DNA of 62,989 nt, the filler included, from Hyphochytrium catenoides (Eukaryota; Protista; Hyphochytriomycota), in assembly GCA_900088475.1 (NCBI GenBank). It is 10 parts of 10 records of this genome, joined end to end, with 100 filler letters (N's around TTAATTAATTAA, not from the genome) between each part and the next. Parts side by side here need not be neighbours in the genome. Positions count along the whole stretch, not along the records: positions 1 to 6,194 come from FLMG01003398.1; positions 6,295 to 12,162 come from FLMG01000654.1; 8 more parts are not named here. The stretch is one strand, 5' to 3'. This document shows positions 1 to 12,262 of this stretch, one piece after another; the stretch's first letter is position 1, and each line of letters starts with the position of its first letter. Position numbers and translations under genes: made by a program. The notes under the pieces are model-generated. The model saw only the letters and a program-made list of their open reading frames with translations, was not told where the DNA came from and made no database searches.

Positions 1-384
1 GAGAGAGAGAGAGAGAGGGAAAGAGAAAGGGAGGAGGAGCGAGCAAGAGAGAGAGAGAGAGAGACATAGAGCTTGAAGACAGCCAAAAGAGCCAGAACAT
101 TGGTCAGGGATGACTAGTAGATTTCTGAAAGGTATGTTACATGAATCTTTCAATAAAGCCATTTAAACTCTATCATTCTCAAGGTTTCGAAGTGTTTGCA
201 AAACATTTGAAAGCTATGAAAGCTATATCCTCCTTGGAGGAACACGATTGGATAGAATGGATACATAGCCCATGTATAGTGGACAATAGAGGTTAATATA
301 AAGGTAGCTGAGGGTGGAAAAGGTTACTCCTCATTTCTGCCATCTTCTGCCCAATCAACGAGGAGGGCCAAGGAAACAGAGAAA

Positions 385-386
<2 letters not shown>

Positions 387-441
<55 letters not shown>
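387..441. repeat. (AG)n microsatellite, representative of dozens of (GA)n/(CT)n tracts in this window
   Basis: Uninterrupted AG run read directly. Similar tracts occur at about 5105, 8465, 19530, 42690, 53475 and 61146 and next to most internal N gaps. Confidence 0.98.
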
Positions 442-442
<1 letters not shown>

Positions 443-1116
443 GAGAAAGAGAAGGTAGAGAAGGAATCAAGAGAGAGGGCAACAGGGAGACACCGTGAGA
501 GCGAGCGAGGGAGAGAAAAAGACAGAGAAAAGAACTACTCGGAGTAGTACTCTTAATGGAGTGAGGAGAGAGAGAGAGAGAGAGACAGAGAGAAGAAGCA
601 GGACCAATTCTGAAAGTCAGGAAGGAAAGGGAGAGAGGAGGAAGGAGGTTTGAGTTAGGGCAAAGTAACAGTAGAGAAAGAGACTGAGAAAAGAGGACCA
701 GGTACTGGGAGAAAGAGCGATGCATTTTGTGAGAGCAAGAGAATCAGAGAAGAGAGAACACATCTTGCTTGTTAAGAAGGTTACTTATCCTCAGGAGAGA
801 GAGATGCACATGACGAGAGACAAAGCACCGAAGAGGAAGACAGACCCTCTCAGTCATTCGCCGCCACAGCAGAGTCTTCTGCCGCCCAAAGCCTTCACTT
901 CACCATGTCTCCAGCTCACTCTTAATATGAGAAAGAGAGCGCACGCGATAGAGAGAGAGAAAGAGAGAAGAACTCCCTATCTCGTGTGTGGACTTCTCCT
1001 CGTCAGCACTCTTTGTCTTTCCTCTATCTTTCTCCTTTTCTTGCAACTCCCTCCGCCTATGAGCCAAAGCCAATCTCTCACTCTGTCTCACAACAGCACT
1101 CTGTCTCATAGAAAGG

Positions 1117-2829
1117 ATGAACACCGAAGGGTCAGAAGAGAGAGAATCTTCTGCGCTGCCAGCGCTGACAGATCCGCACATTTTCCGCTATATCTCACGC
1201 TTCTCTCCAGGTAGAAAGCTGTGTGAATGGCCCAGTGTGGACCTGGCCGTAAAGAATGGCTCTCCTTTCCTCTTGAGAGAACTGTTAGAGATACGACGGA
1301 GAAAGATAAGAGAGAGAAGAAGGTCGGCAGTGGCCAGCACGCAGAGGAGAAGCAAGAAGAAGAATCGAAGCTGCTTCTTCGCTTTCTGGAGCTTGGCGAG
1401 AGATTTCTGGGCGGATGTAGGGAAGAACGCTGAGGAGGAGCTGGATCTTGAGGAGATCTCACCAGCTTTATCTCCCAAAGCGGCCGTGCAGGTTGCTTCC
1501 CAAGGAAATCTCTGCTGTCTGGTGCTCCTGCACGAGCATCAGGAGAGACAAGAAGAGGATTGGGAGCCCTGGCCCGCCGCGGTGATGGACGCCGCCGCCG
1601 CCCAGGGGCACATCCAAATTCTTCGCTACTTACTAGACAACCGTCCGGCCGAGGGTTGTTCCTCGAAGGCGATGGAGCTTGCGGCCGCAGCTGGCCAGTT
1701 GGACGTTCTCCAACTCTTGCATAGTCAGAGCCAGAGTGTGCCAGAGAGAGTTGTCGGCTGTACGGTGGCCGCCATGGACAATGCGGCTCGGGCAGGCCAT
1801 CTCTCAGTTGTCCAATTTCTTCACGAGCAAAGATATGAGGGCTACACGGTGGAGGCACTGGCTGGAGCAATGCGGAACGGGCATTGGGAGGTTGTTCAGT
1901 ATCTTCAGCTCCACAGGGCGCTGGATGACCAGGAATCAGGAAGCAAGAGAGAAGACGAGGACCCAGAAAAGAGTAAGAGTCTGAGCATTTGCCCGTTAGC
2001 TGAAGGTCTTCAAAGAAATAAAGCAGAAGTGGCTGCCGATCGCTCTTCGTCAGGCTCGTCTCCTGGCTTTCTCTCTCTCCCTCCCCCGCTGGTCCCAGTT
2101 CCTAGCCTTCTTGACATCCAGAAGACAGAAGTAGCAGTCGTCTCTCTCTCTCCGTGCGATAACTCTGATAGACAGATGGCCCCAGACCAATCATCTAGAC
2201 TCCTGACTGCTGTGAGAGAGAAAGACCTTCCCGGTGTCAGGGCTCTTCTACGCGAAAACGAGAGTGAACAGCTGACCAAGGAACTAGCAGAAGACACCTG
2301 TGTCCTAGCGGCCGCAGCCGGCCAGTTAGACATGATTCAGCTTCTCTCTGACGCTCAAATTGCCGTTCCCTTTCTGGCGATAGAGGCTGCGGTGCGGCAT
2401 GGCCATTTGAAAATTGTCTACTATCTACTGCAGCGACTCTATAGAGAGAACCATGCACTAACAGGAGAGAGACTCTGGCAGCTGGTGTGCTTAGCGGGCG
2501 AGAGAGGAGATCTGGACGTGTTAAGGCTGCTCCTGCCTTTTCAGAGAGGACGTAACGCCAGAGCTCGCACTTTTTTCCGAAGAGGAAAGAGACCGTCGGG
2601 CTGGAAACGGGCGGTGGAGGCTGCCGCATTGGCTGGTAGGGTGGATTGTCTTCGCTACCTCCTAGCCTATGGAGGCTACCTGCCTCTCTCCCTCTCTTCT
2701 TCTCTCTCTCTCCGTGGCTCCAAAGTATGGCATCGAGAAGTCAGCAACAAGGCGGTCGCTGGAGGCTCAATAGACGTGATTCGCTGCTGGTCAGCAGTGC
2801 TCAAAGCTTGGAGCTCCAGCTCTGTGTGA
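1117..2829 (+). CDS. Ankyrin-repeat protein (570 aa, intronless ORF)
   Basis: Repeated motifs VMDAAAAQGHIQILRYL, AMELAAAAGQLDVLQLL, GCTVAAMDNAARAGHLSVVQFLH, AMRNGHWEVVQYL, AAVRHGHLKIVYYL. The 'GCT..AMD.AA..GHL.VV.FLH' style is common in oomycete and algal ankyrin families. Confidence 0.88.
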   Translation: MNTEGSEERESSALPALTDPHIFRYISRFSPGRKLCEWPSVDLAVKNGSPFLLRELLEIRRRKIRERRRSAVASTQRRSKKKNRSCFFAFWSLARDFWADVGKNAEEELDLEEISPALSPKAAVQVASQGNLCCLVLLHEHQERQEEDWEPWPAAVMDAAAAQGHIQILRYLLDNRPAEGCSSKAMELAAAAGQLDVLQLLHSQSQSVPERVVGCTVAAMDNAARAGHLSVVQFLHEQRYEGYTVEALAGAMRNGHWEVVQYLQLHRALDDQESGSKREDEDPEKSKSLSICPLAEGLQRNKAEVAADRSSSGSSPGFLSLPPPLVPVPSLLDIQKTEVAVVSLSPCDNSDRQMAPDQSSRLLTAVREKDLPGVRALLRENESEQLTKELAEDTCVLAAAAGQLDMIQLLSDAQIAVPFLAIEAAVRHGHLKIVYYLLQRLYRENHALTGERLWQLVCLAGERGDLDVLRLLLPFQRGRNARARTFFRRGKRPSGWKRAVEAAALAGRVDCLRYLLAYGGYLPLSLSSSLSLRGSKVWHREVSNKAVAGGSIDVIRCWSAVLKAWSSSSV

Positions 2830-3016
2830 GCAGAGAACCTTTCTCCTGCTATCCGAGAGAGATTTAGAGCGGAGACAGGAGCTTTCGTCCTGCATCGCTG
2901 AGGCTTCTGAATAGCAAAAAGGTTCCTAGCCTTCCAGGTGGAAAGGCCAATTCCTCTGCGTTCTTAGCCACCTCTCTCTCTCTCTGTCTCTCTCTCTCTC
3001 TCTCTCTTTTCCTGTG

Positions 3017-5103
3017 TCATGGAGAGTCTCCGTCAGCGCCGCTTTCCACTGCGTACACGCCTGCACCTCTCGTTGCAACTCGGAGAAGGCCTGGAGGGTC
3101 CCAAGCAGAGGGCTCCAAAGATGTGAAGAGAGACGGATGAGAGGATAACGCCACTGAGTTTATCTTCGTATCGGCAACAGCCAGAGAAGAGAGAAGAGCC
3201 CCGCTGCGCAGTGACCAGAGCAGCACTCGGCCATCTGCCCCTCCCATAGCGATAATATTCTCTGTTGGATCCTAAAGTGATGATCAAGAGACAAAGAGTA
3301 ACAGAGAAAGAGAGAGTGTGAGAGAAAGTAATAAAGAATGAGCGAGAGAGATAGAGAGAAAAAGGGAGAGAGAGAGTGACAGAGAGAGGGGAGAAGAAAG
3401 ACAGAGGGAAGGAGAGAGAGAGAGAGAGAAACAAACAGACAAGCCAACAAACGGAGAGGGATGGTTCGGGACAGACAAAAGGCTGAAGGGAGAGAGAAAG
3501 AAACGAAGAGAAGAATATTGTACCAGTGTGAAGCGACCACGAATATGCGACGGTGTGCCGCCACGATAAATCATCAACTTCCTCATAGTTCTCAGGTCAA
3601 AGCGAGTCAATCCCCTATTCCGCCGATAGAAGACATAGATAAAAGCGCGGCAGAAGGTTAAAGGAGTCAAAAAACAAGAGGTTTTAAAAGAGAGAAGCCA
3701 AGGGGAAGACAGCGAGAGAGAAATTTGCTAGAAACAGAAGAGAGAGAAAATAGCTATTAGCAACTCTAAGGCCTTACACTGGAAGGGCCAGCGTGAGCAA
3801 CGAAGTAGAAAAGGACAATGGCGGAAACAGGTTACCCTTTCCTTCCCCCGTTTGTCTTCTCTCTCTCCCTCTCTCTCTCCCTCTCTCCACCTCTCTCTCC
3901 CTCTCTCTCTCTCTTTCACTATCTCTCTCGCTCCCTCCCTCTCTCTCTCTTTCTCGATGTAGAGCACTATGTTCGTACCCAGTCGCGTCTGCTGCCAGGA
4001 CTTCCCTTTCTTCTTTCAATATCTTGAGGTCAAAGACAGAAGAGGGCAAGAGAGAGAATGAACCGACTGGGCGGTAGGAAGATTCACGAATATCCCTGAG
4101 AAAACAGATGCGAACCCAACGTCAAGGCAAGAAGAACAGAGATTAGCATTTATTAAGTATAGAGAGAGAGAGAGATGGGCGGAGAGAGAGGCCAGATAGA
4201 AAGAGGGTTAACGAGCGAAGTAGTAGTCAAAGCGCGAGAGAAAGCGAGAGCGCGTGACAGTGAGGGATAAAGAGAGAGAGAGAGACAGAGACAGAGAGAG
4301 GCAGAGAAAGAATGTAGCAAGGAAGCACAAAAGTTGCAGCTCAATACCGCGGAAGTACAACGAAGAGGCTGCCAGTTAGGTTAAAGAGATATTGCATCAA
4401 AAAGAGGGGAGACGAGGCAAGGTAGACAAATCTACTTTGCCAAGGGAAAGGGAGAGAGAGCCTACCGCAGAGGAAGAAAGACTGCTCGCTCTGAAAAAGA
4501 AGGGACACAATAGGCAGCGAGAGAGACAGACAGACAGACCGAGAATGCCAGACAGAGAGAGAGAGAGAAAGAGAGAGAGAATATGCTCTTACCACATATC
4601 GACACTGCCATTCCTATGGCCAGAGAGAAGGATGTTTCCATCTCTATCGCAAGCGAGAGAAAGGCAATCACTGTTCTGTCGCGGACCAAAAGGAGTCACT
4701 GAGCCTCTTTCTCTTGTCCCTCGTCCTCTTTCTCTCTCTCTCTCTCTTCCGGTTGCCCCGTCTCCTCTATAAAGAAGCAGGCGCTCCTTGGCTCCTGTCC
4801 CTATAAAGAGACGCTCATTGGTCTCAGCGGAACAGAGAGAGAACGCCGTGCTCCGGACAGGCATTATCTGCAAGGAGGGACCTCGTCCGGGGCTTGGCAT
4901 CTTCGTGATGGAGCACCAAGAACCAGATGCAAAGAGACAGAGGGAAGGGAAAGAGAGAGAGAGAGAAAAGAGCCAAGGGGAGAAGTGCACAGAGAGAGAC
5001 AGAGAGAAAGCGCGAAGAAAATAAAGGGACGAAGAGGAGAAGAAAGATTGTATGAGGTCAGGTACTTTGGATGTTATAGAACTCATGCTGTTGTAGGGGT
5101 GTG

Positions 5104-5136
<33 letters not shown>

Positions 5137-6134
5137 GGGATAGAGGGAGAGAAAAAGAGAGGTGTAGGAGGACGAGTCTGGACAGAGAGGAGATAAAGCA
5201 AGGCATCGTGCTGGATAAAAGAGAAAGACCCAAGCCACTGGCTTCACGGTCGCAAAGTTATGGAGAAGTGTGGGATGATGAAGAGAGACGAGTGGAGAGA
5301 GAGAGAGACCTGCATACTTGAAATGTGAGAGAGAGGAAGAGCGAGAAGGGGAGAGACATGAGCTTTTGACTACCTCAAGCAGTGCGAGCTGTCCGTTTCG
5401 TGCTGTTCCCATGAAGGAATAGGCGAGAGATTGCTCGCCAGGAACTGGGCCCCAGGGACACACCACACAGTCCGTGAGCTAAAGAGAGAGAACGTCATTG
5501 AGTAGGACGCTTTCTTCCTCACCATTCGCTTAAGTTCTAACTCTTTCCTTTATGTTTCTCCCGTTCTTCTCTTTTGTCTCTTTCAGTCTCTCTCTCTCTC
5601 TCTCTCCTTCTCTTTTTCTCTTTCTCGATGCCCCATTTTATCTTCCTTTATGTTTTTTCTTTTGCTTTCTACTCTCTCTCCCATTTTCTCGGCCCTTGAC
5701 TTTCCTTTCACAGCCTATCCCTCGTCCGTCTTCAGGGGCTCAGGGTTTCTCCCTTTTCTCTCTCTTTCTCTTTAGTTTCCTCTCTCTCTCTCCCTCTCTC
5801 TCTCCCCCCTCGGGGATTTCCTTCTTGCTTACGTAGCAGTCCGAAACTTGCTGCGGTTGCAGTCCCCAGAGCTTCTCATGACGTCTTCCTCGTGCCCAGA
5901 GCCATTCTTCCACAGTCGTCCAACCGTCTTCATTCCCACCTACAAGGGGGAGAGAGAGAGGAAGTGCAGAGAGGGAGAGAGAGAAAGGGAGAGCAAGAAA
6001 AAAGATAAGAGAGAGAGAGAGCAAGAAAAGAGATAAGAAAGAGAGAGAGAGAGAGCTAAGAGCGAGAAAATAGATATAGAAAATGTCACTGAGTCTAAAG
6101 ACGAGGGGCCATTACATCGGGACCGACTTGCCAT
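3017..6134 (-). CDS. WD40-repeat protein, DCAF4/WDR21-like; multi-exon, 5' end uncertain (near contig edge)
   Basis: Exon peptides GGNEDG..., LTDCVVCPWG...LAYSFMG, SDCLSLACDRDGNILLSGHRNGSVDMW|DIRE, SSVFDLKIL...LAADATG|GLTRFDLR, GGADGRVLLWSLRSGALL. GT-AG introns include 3615-3978 and 5479-5832. The DCAF4 subfamily call is from recalled motif resemblance. Confidence 0.72.
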
Positions 6135-6194
6135 TCAGAGACATATTAACGAGGAGCAGAAAAGTGAGGAGAGAGAGAGAGAGAGAGAGAGAGA

Positions 6195-6294
6195 NNNNNN
6201 NNNNNNNNNNNNNNNNNNNNNNNNNNNNNNNNNNNNNNTTAATTAATTAANNNNNNNNNNNNNNNNNNNNNNNNNNNNNNNNNNNNNNNNNNNN
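6195..6294. other. Artificial contig-joining spacer (N44-TTAATTAATTAA-N44)
   Basis: Same 100-bp spacer with stops in all six frames recurs nine times in the window. Confidence 0.97.
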
Positions 6295-7195
6295 TCAATA
6301 ACTCTAAGCCTCTATATCCTGATGGTTCGAGACTGTGACAGTTGCAGATGCCGGTCTGATTAGGAAGAAGTGAAGGAGGAGAGCCGCCAATGGCGGATGC
6401 TGCCTCAAGCCCTCTACAGTTGCAGTTGGCTACATTCCTGAGCCTCTGTAGAATGATATCGGAGGACTCTGATGGTGGCAGCAGCGAGGACGAGAGCCCA
6501 TTTACTGGCATTTGAGACTCACTAGATCTCCACCAGCAACGACGGCCACCACGGCCGCAGCCATCATCCTGAGGAGGAAAGCATGCAATTGAGGCTTGCG
6601 TCTCTAGTGTGCAGGTGTATCCTGAGGTGAGAGGATTAGTGCTGGATTGGAAGCAGTGGGAGGTGGTAGCCAATGTGCCAGAGCATTGGCCATTGCTTAA
6701 CACCAGAAGCTCCTTCACTGGAGCAGCACTCTGTGGACAGTGCTGGTAGGAGCCATCCCAAGCAGGAGTACATTCCGCCTGCCGCTGACAGGCGATCCCC
6801 GCTCCGATGCCATTATAGCATTGGCACGTGCCTGTGACATAGTCACAACTTCCTCTGCCGCTACACTCAAGGAGTGGGTGCGGCGTGAGCGGATCCAGGA
6901 AAGTATAGGCCGACCACATCACCCCGTGTGGGCAACTGCGTAAGGAGCAATCTGCCCCTTTCCAAAGCAGCGTGCGGTCTTGCCGTCGATGGCAGAGGCA
7001 ATCTCCGGTTTGCTGGTTGCAGAGGCCATGGCCTGAGCAGTTGTTCGGGCAGCTGAGTCCAGAGGAAAAATAAGCTTTGCTGGTTTCAAGCAGCAGGAGA
7101 CACGAAGAGATCAAGAAGAAGATCCGAATACGGTTCTTCAAGCTCACAAGGGCGCCCCTCTGGTTGATTGTTCTATTGATATTATTGTCCGCCAT
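6295..7195 (-). CDS. Secreted Cys-rich EGF/tenascin-like repeat protein (Sig1/mastigoneme-type N-terminus); 3' truncated by contig end
   Basis: Hydrophobic leader IFFLISSCLLLLETSKA followed by CPNNCSGHGLCNQQTGDCLC...WKGADCSLRSCPHG...ECSGRGSCDYVTGTCQCYNG..GIACQR. Confidence 0.8.
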
Positions 7196-8460
7196 CGGTC
7201 TCAGCACTAGAAGAAGAGAATATGTAAAGACAAAGACGGACCTCGGGTAGAAGGCAAACTTAGGTTGAGAGCGGAGGTACGCCCTCTGCCTTTTGGGGCC
7301 TCGTCCTCTGTGGCTAGGGACGGAGATGCTGGGTCGTCTCTATGGAGCACTTTATCAAATGAAAAACGAGAGGAGCGCATCGCCGCGGCGGCCGCTTCAG
7401 GAGAGGGAGCATGGTCACTATCGCTGTCTTAGTTAATAGAGAGCTGCTAAACTATCGCGCTGGCCACGTAACGGTCCCGCAACTTATCACTCTGTCGATC
7501 CACTAACTCCAACTTCTCTCTTAGTTTGAGGAGGACCTTCTTTACCCTTCCTCTTATTTACTTCATCAGCTAACGTGTCAACGTAGTTCTGAAACCTCTG
7601 CTGCGACTGCTGGCTCTTAACTCCGCTTTCTCGCCCCCATCTCCTCTCCAACTTCCTCCCCTCCTGCGTCTCTCTCCCACGTATCTTGTGACAATGGGTG
7701 CTGCATCTCCATTGTTGGCTCTCATCAGCACCTTACTTGGGAGGATCGGCTGCCTTGTTGATCAGAGAGAACCAATCCTGTCAGTTCTACACTCGGCGCT
7801 TTCCCACAGGCAGGCCCTTTAGTTGTTAGCCCCTCACTACTCACAGTGCGGCGGTCCTGGCCGTTGATAAGGAGCCGAACCTCCCTTCCCACTATCCCTT
7901 TGACTCCGTTTGTCGGCTGATGGCTCTTATTATCAAGCGATCAAAAGAACATGGCCTAACTGGTTAGATGGGCTGTAAGTTAGCGTGACCCCTGGACTCT
8001 TTCTTTTTTTCCCTCCATTTCTCCGCATATCCCATCATGGAGCAGCAACAGCAATGGCCAGAACCGCTACTACCTGTACGAGTCGTTTGGATGTTAATGA
8101 GATCTCTGTGCACCTCTTCTACACGTTCCACCATGGTCATCCGTCCAACAGCTTGGTGCAGGCTCTCTGTCTCGCCTGATGGATACTCTGTCTCCTAGGT
8201 TTGATCCTCCAACCACCATCTTTCTCCTAGTCTTTAGCATTTCGGTGGCAGGAGCTACTACACGATCCGCCCTGCTCGAGGCTGCTGTCGTCTCCTCTTC
8301 AATCATCACTAACCCTCCGTCGGTTTTTGTCCTCCCTCTTCTCCTTAACCCTCTCTACTCACTCTCTCACTCTCTTTCAAAGTGAATGCTTGTCCGTCTC
8401 TCCACGTGCTGGCATTCCTTTCCTCTGTTCCTCTTCCTCCTCCGCTCATCATTCAATTCA

Positions 8461-8518
<58 letters not shown>

Positions 8519-9668
8519 TCCCATGTCTCTCTCCTCTTAGGCCGCCGCCCTTGCCCAGCCTGTTCCCTAGAGGGCGGTTATGCCGCTTCATCTCAGCCAG
8601 CAAGAATCCAGTCGCAGACAGGAAACCGTCCCCGCAGCCCAGCCTCACAGAGGATTGGATTGGGGCCACCTCCCCTCGCCCTTGATTATCGCACAGAAAT
8701 AACGGACACCGCTAATTGGCGTTAGCGGCTAGTAAAGGGGATGTTGGAAGAACGACGATGTAGTTGTTTGCAACATGTACAACGCACACAGGGCAAGAGG
8801 CTGGATCAGGCCAGGGATCCTCCCATCCGGACCGGCGCGAGTATTACGGTTTGGCCGGGATAGGAACGTCTGTGGTCCTCATTCCAAGGTTGGTGTTCCT
8901 TGGGTTTACAGCAGGGTAACAACAACGACTGGATGAGATGCTATATGTTTCGTGGCCTCTTCCTCTTCCTTGTAATACCTATTACCTTGTACCCTTCTAT
9001 CTCTTGGTCCTCTGTCTCTCGCAGCGTCAGTTTGGTCCTGCCCTGCTTTGTTCTATTCTTCCGTCGTTCTTTCTCTCTCTCTCTCTCTCGCCTCTGTCTC
9101 CCTACCTCCCTTTCTAAGTTCCCTGTCTCAGTCTTCTATTCTCTCTCTGTCTCTCTCTCTTTCTCACCCTCACCTTTCTCCATCCTCTACTTCCTCCACT
9201 GCTCTGTTCCTTTCCCTCTCTCCTCTCTCTCTCTCTTGGCGTCTTCCCTCTCTTGTTGAAGTTCCCTGGGACCACTGACCTTTGGATCTTCCTCCTCCTC
9301 CTCTCTCCTGATGACGATGATGCTTCTCTCGGAACATCCAGTGAGTTTGCCTCCGTCTCCATGATAGAAATCGCCGCGGTGAGGGCGCCACTGGTCCAAG
9401 TCGTCTCTCTCTCTCTTTCTCTCTCTCTCTTTTTTTCTCTCGCCTCCACCTCTCCCACTCTCTCCAGGCGTCCTAATGAGGCGACGGCCAGCACACAACC
9501 AATCCCAGCAGCTTTCCGCTGAAGACGGAGAGCAGCAGTGACAACAGCAAACTCCTCTCTCTCCCCAGTTCTTCCTACTTCTCTCTTTCTTCCTCTGTCT
9601 CTCTCTCTCACTTTCCTTAGTTCCTCCATAGTGCTAATCTCTCAGCTCGCGCTGACTCCGGAACCAAG

Positions 9669-12162
9669 ATGCGACACAAGATGCCTCGCGCTCGCCACTA
9701 TTTTCAGGCTATTCTCCTTTCATTCATTCTTCTTCTAACAAAGGCTACGGCCAAGGATTCTCTCCTCTCCGTGGAGGTCAAAAGAGGAAAGCAATGCTTG
9801 TCCTCCGTAGCTGGCAGCGGAACCTGCGAGGAAGTGACGGCCGGGGAAGAGCCACTGCGAGCGAGTAGGATGGGAGAGGAGGAGGACACGTCCATACATA
9901 TGGAGGCCTTCTCCCTCCCTCGCGCTCATATCTTCGTCTTCCCTGAGCTGCAGAGCCGGAAGCGGTCAAGAGAGCGAGAAGACGTCAAGCGAGACATTAC
10001 CGTCGTTACGCAATGCTCTCGAGACAGGTTCCCGGCGCTTAAAAACCTTTGTGCAAGGCAAGTCCCCATCTCTCTCCCTGCTCAAGCTCAAATTGTCTCT
10101 CTCTACTCTTCCTCTTTCCGGCTCTGTTCTTTCTTTAAGGGATTGCTGCAGAGCACTCTTGCAACCAGGCGTAAGCTCCCTCAGTTCTCAGGTCCCGAGG
10201 CTCAGATATCTATTCTCTCTTTCCGCGCTTAGTTCCCTGCTTTTAGCAACCTAACAGGCCTTCCCCTCCTTTTACAGGTGGTCCGGACCTATATCAGTTG
10301 CAATGCACGTTCCCTCTCTGGATGAGTTTGCTACTATCTACAGCGAGGCCCTCAAACTTCACCATTTGGCAGAGGTAAGCAGGAAGAGTAGCGCTTGGCC
10401 GAATATCTCGATATGACTGATGACATGACGTGAAGAGAGAGCATTTAGTATGCTGGAGAGATACGCAGAGAGAGGAGAGAGAGAGAAGAGAGACAGTGAC
10501 AGGCGTTAGCCTGAAACATGTTTGGAAGAAAGAAGTATGAGAGAGCGCAATAAGTCCTTTCTTATATAGCTGTGCTTTCCGTGTTCCCCCTACCTCCTAG
10601 TCTATCCTCTCCCAGAGAAGTCGTGAGAGAAGTTCTCAACCTGCATCCTGCCACGCTTCAGTGTCTTCTCTGCGCTCTAACAAGTCTGTGCATTTCCTTC
10701 AAATCTCTTGCGATGCTGGGGCACCGCCTGTCCCTCCCATGATTTACCCTATTATGCCTCTCAACTGACCCTTCCGGCACCATTCTGTCTTCTGATAATA
10801 GGCGACAGAGGACAGTTGCGCTCTAGATGTCCGGCTAGTTCTGGAGGACCTTCCTACGAGACCAGGAGAGAATAGAACTAAGAGCGCATGGGAAGATGAG
10901 CTCAACGACTGGTTCTCTCTTTATCCCATCAATCAGCTGCGGAACGCTGCCCTCGAGGGGGCTAGGACCGACCATGTCTTCCTTCTAGACATTGATTTCG
11001 TTCCGTCTACAGGGTTGCACGATACGGTCAAGAGATTCCTCTCTGACTATCCCACTTTGACAGAGAGCAAAGTGCTAGTGATCCCTGCTTTTGAGCTCTG
11101 GACAGAGAGCATGCCTCAAGTTGTTGACTACAAGTCTTTAATAGCGCTCGTGGACCAGGAAGCAGTGTCATCCTTCCATGCATTCTTCTACCCGCCGGGT
11201 CATGCGCCGACCAACTACTTCAAATGGTACGGTTCCACTTCCCTCTACTTGCTTTAGTCTATCCACCTTGCTCCTTTTCTCTCGATCAGCTCACTACGGG
11301 TGCCTTTCCAATATGCTCAATGACTCATCTGCAGACATCTCCTCCGCGCAAGCTCTTACCCCTCGCCTCATTGTCCCCTTTATCTTCTGTGTAAAGGTTG
11401 CCCCATTTCGTCATCGCTTCGTCCTGTTCACTGCCGCTAATGAGACTCTGGCTCCCTTTCACACCCTGCTTGGCTTTTCTCGCGCCTTGATTCAAAAGGT
11501 TCACAACCTCTGCGACGTACATGATCACGTACAAAGAAGACTATGAGCCCTACATTATCGCCAGAAAAGATAAGATTCCCGCTTATGAGGGCCGCTTCAG
11601 AGGCTATGGTCTCAACAAACAATCCCACATCTACCACACGAGCCAGGTCAGCGTTATGTGCACCAGGGGCCTAGAAGTTCCTTCTATCTCTCGCATCTGC
11701 CCTACCGTCTCCCTTTCTCATTTGGTCCTGTTATTTCCTCCGTCCATGCCCGCAGTGGCCGGTCAACTGCTCCTCTTTCCCTAAACTTTCTCACGTCACT
11801 CAGAGCTTTGAAAGTTTGTGTCTCTCTTTTCTCTCTTCTCTCTCATTTTCCATCTCTCTCTCACTCTCTCTCTCACTCACTCACTTGTCACTTTCTTCCT
11901 AACTGACGCGAGTCCTATCTTCACCTCTGCAGATGGGCCTAGAGTTCTTGGTCATTCCTCGAAACTTTATTATGGCCAAGCACCATGATCCGTCCAAGTA
12001 TCACATGAAGTTCATGGAACGAGACATGAAGCAGCGGAGGACCCTGCAGACCATTTATGATGAGCTCAGATTTGAAGTGAGTCGCTGGAAGGAGGAGAGA
12101 AAGAGAGAGGAGAATGGGGGAGTAAGAGTCTCTGAAAAGATGACTCCATGGTACCGGTCATC
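9669..12162 (+). CDS. LARGE/B4GAT1-like glycosyltransferase (GT49 domain); 5 exons, 3' end runs into the spacer
   Basis: Exons about 9669-10057, 10278-10374, 10802-11227, 11499-11646, 11933-12162. Motifs DITVVTQCSRDRF...LCAR|WSGPISVA, YPINQLRNAAL, VFLLDIDFVPS (DxD), LVIPAFE, YEPYII, RFRGYGLNK. N-terminal hydrophobic signal or anchor. Confidence 0.9.
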
Positions 12163-12262
12163 NNNNNNNNNNNNNNNNNNNNNNNNNNNNNNNNNNNNNN
12201 NNNNNNTTAATTAATTAANNNNNNNNNNNNNNNNNNNNNNNNNNNNNNNNNNNNNNNNNNNN
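12163..12262. other. Artificial contig-joining spacer
   Basis: N44-TTAATTAATTAA-N44. Confidence 0.97.

Noticed and set aside
324-1214. ORFs rich in SLSLSL or RERERE (here and at about 3000-6100, 8300-9300, 19200-21500, 40700-43700, 50200-53900)
   Set aside because: They are translations of (CT)n/(GA)n microsatellites, mostly in introns or intergenic DNA, which lack stop codons by composition.
6239-6250. Recurrent TTAATTAATTAA palindrome as a biological motif
   Set aside because: It is always centred in exactly 44+44 Ns, so it is a six-frame stop linker added when contigs were concatenated.
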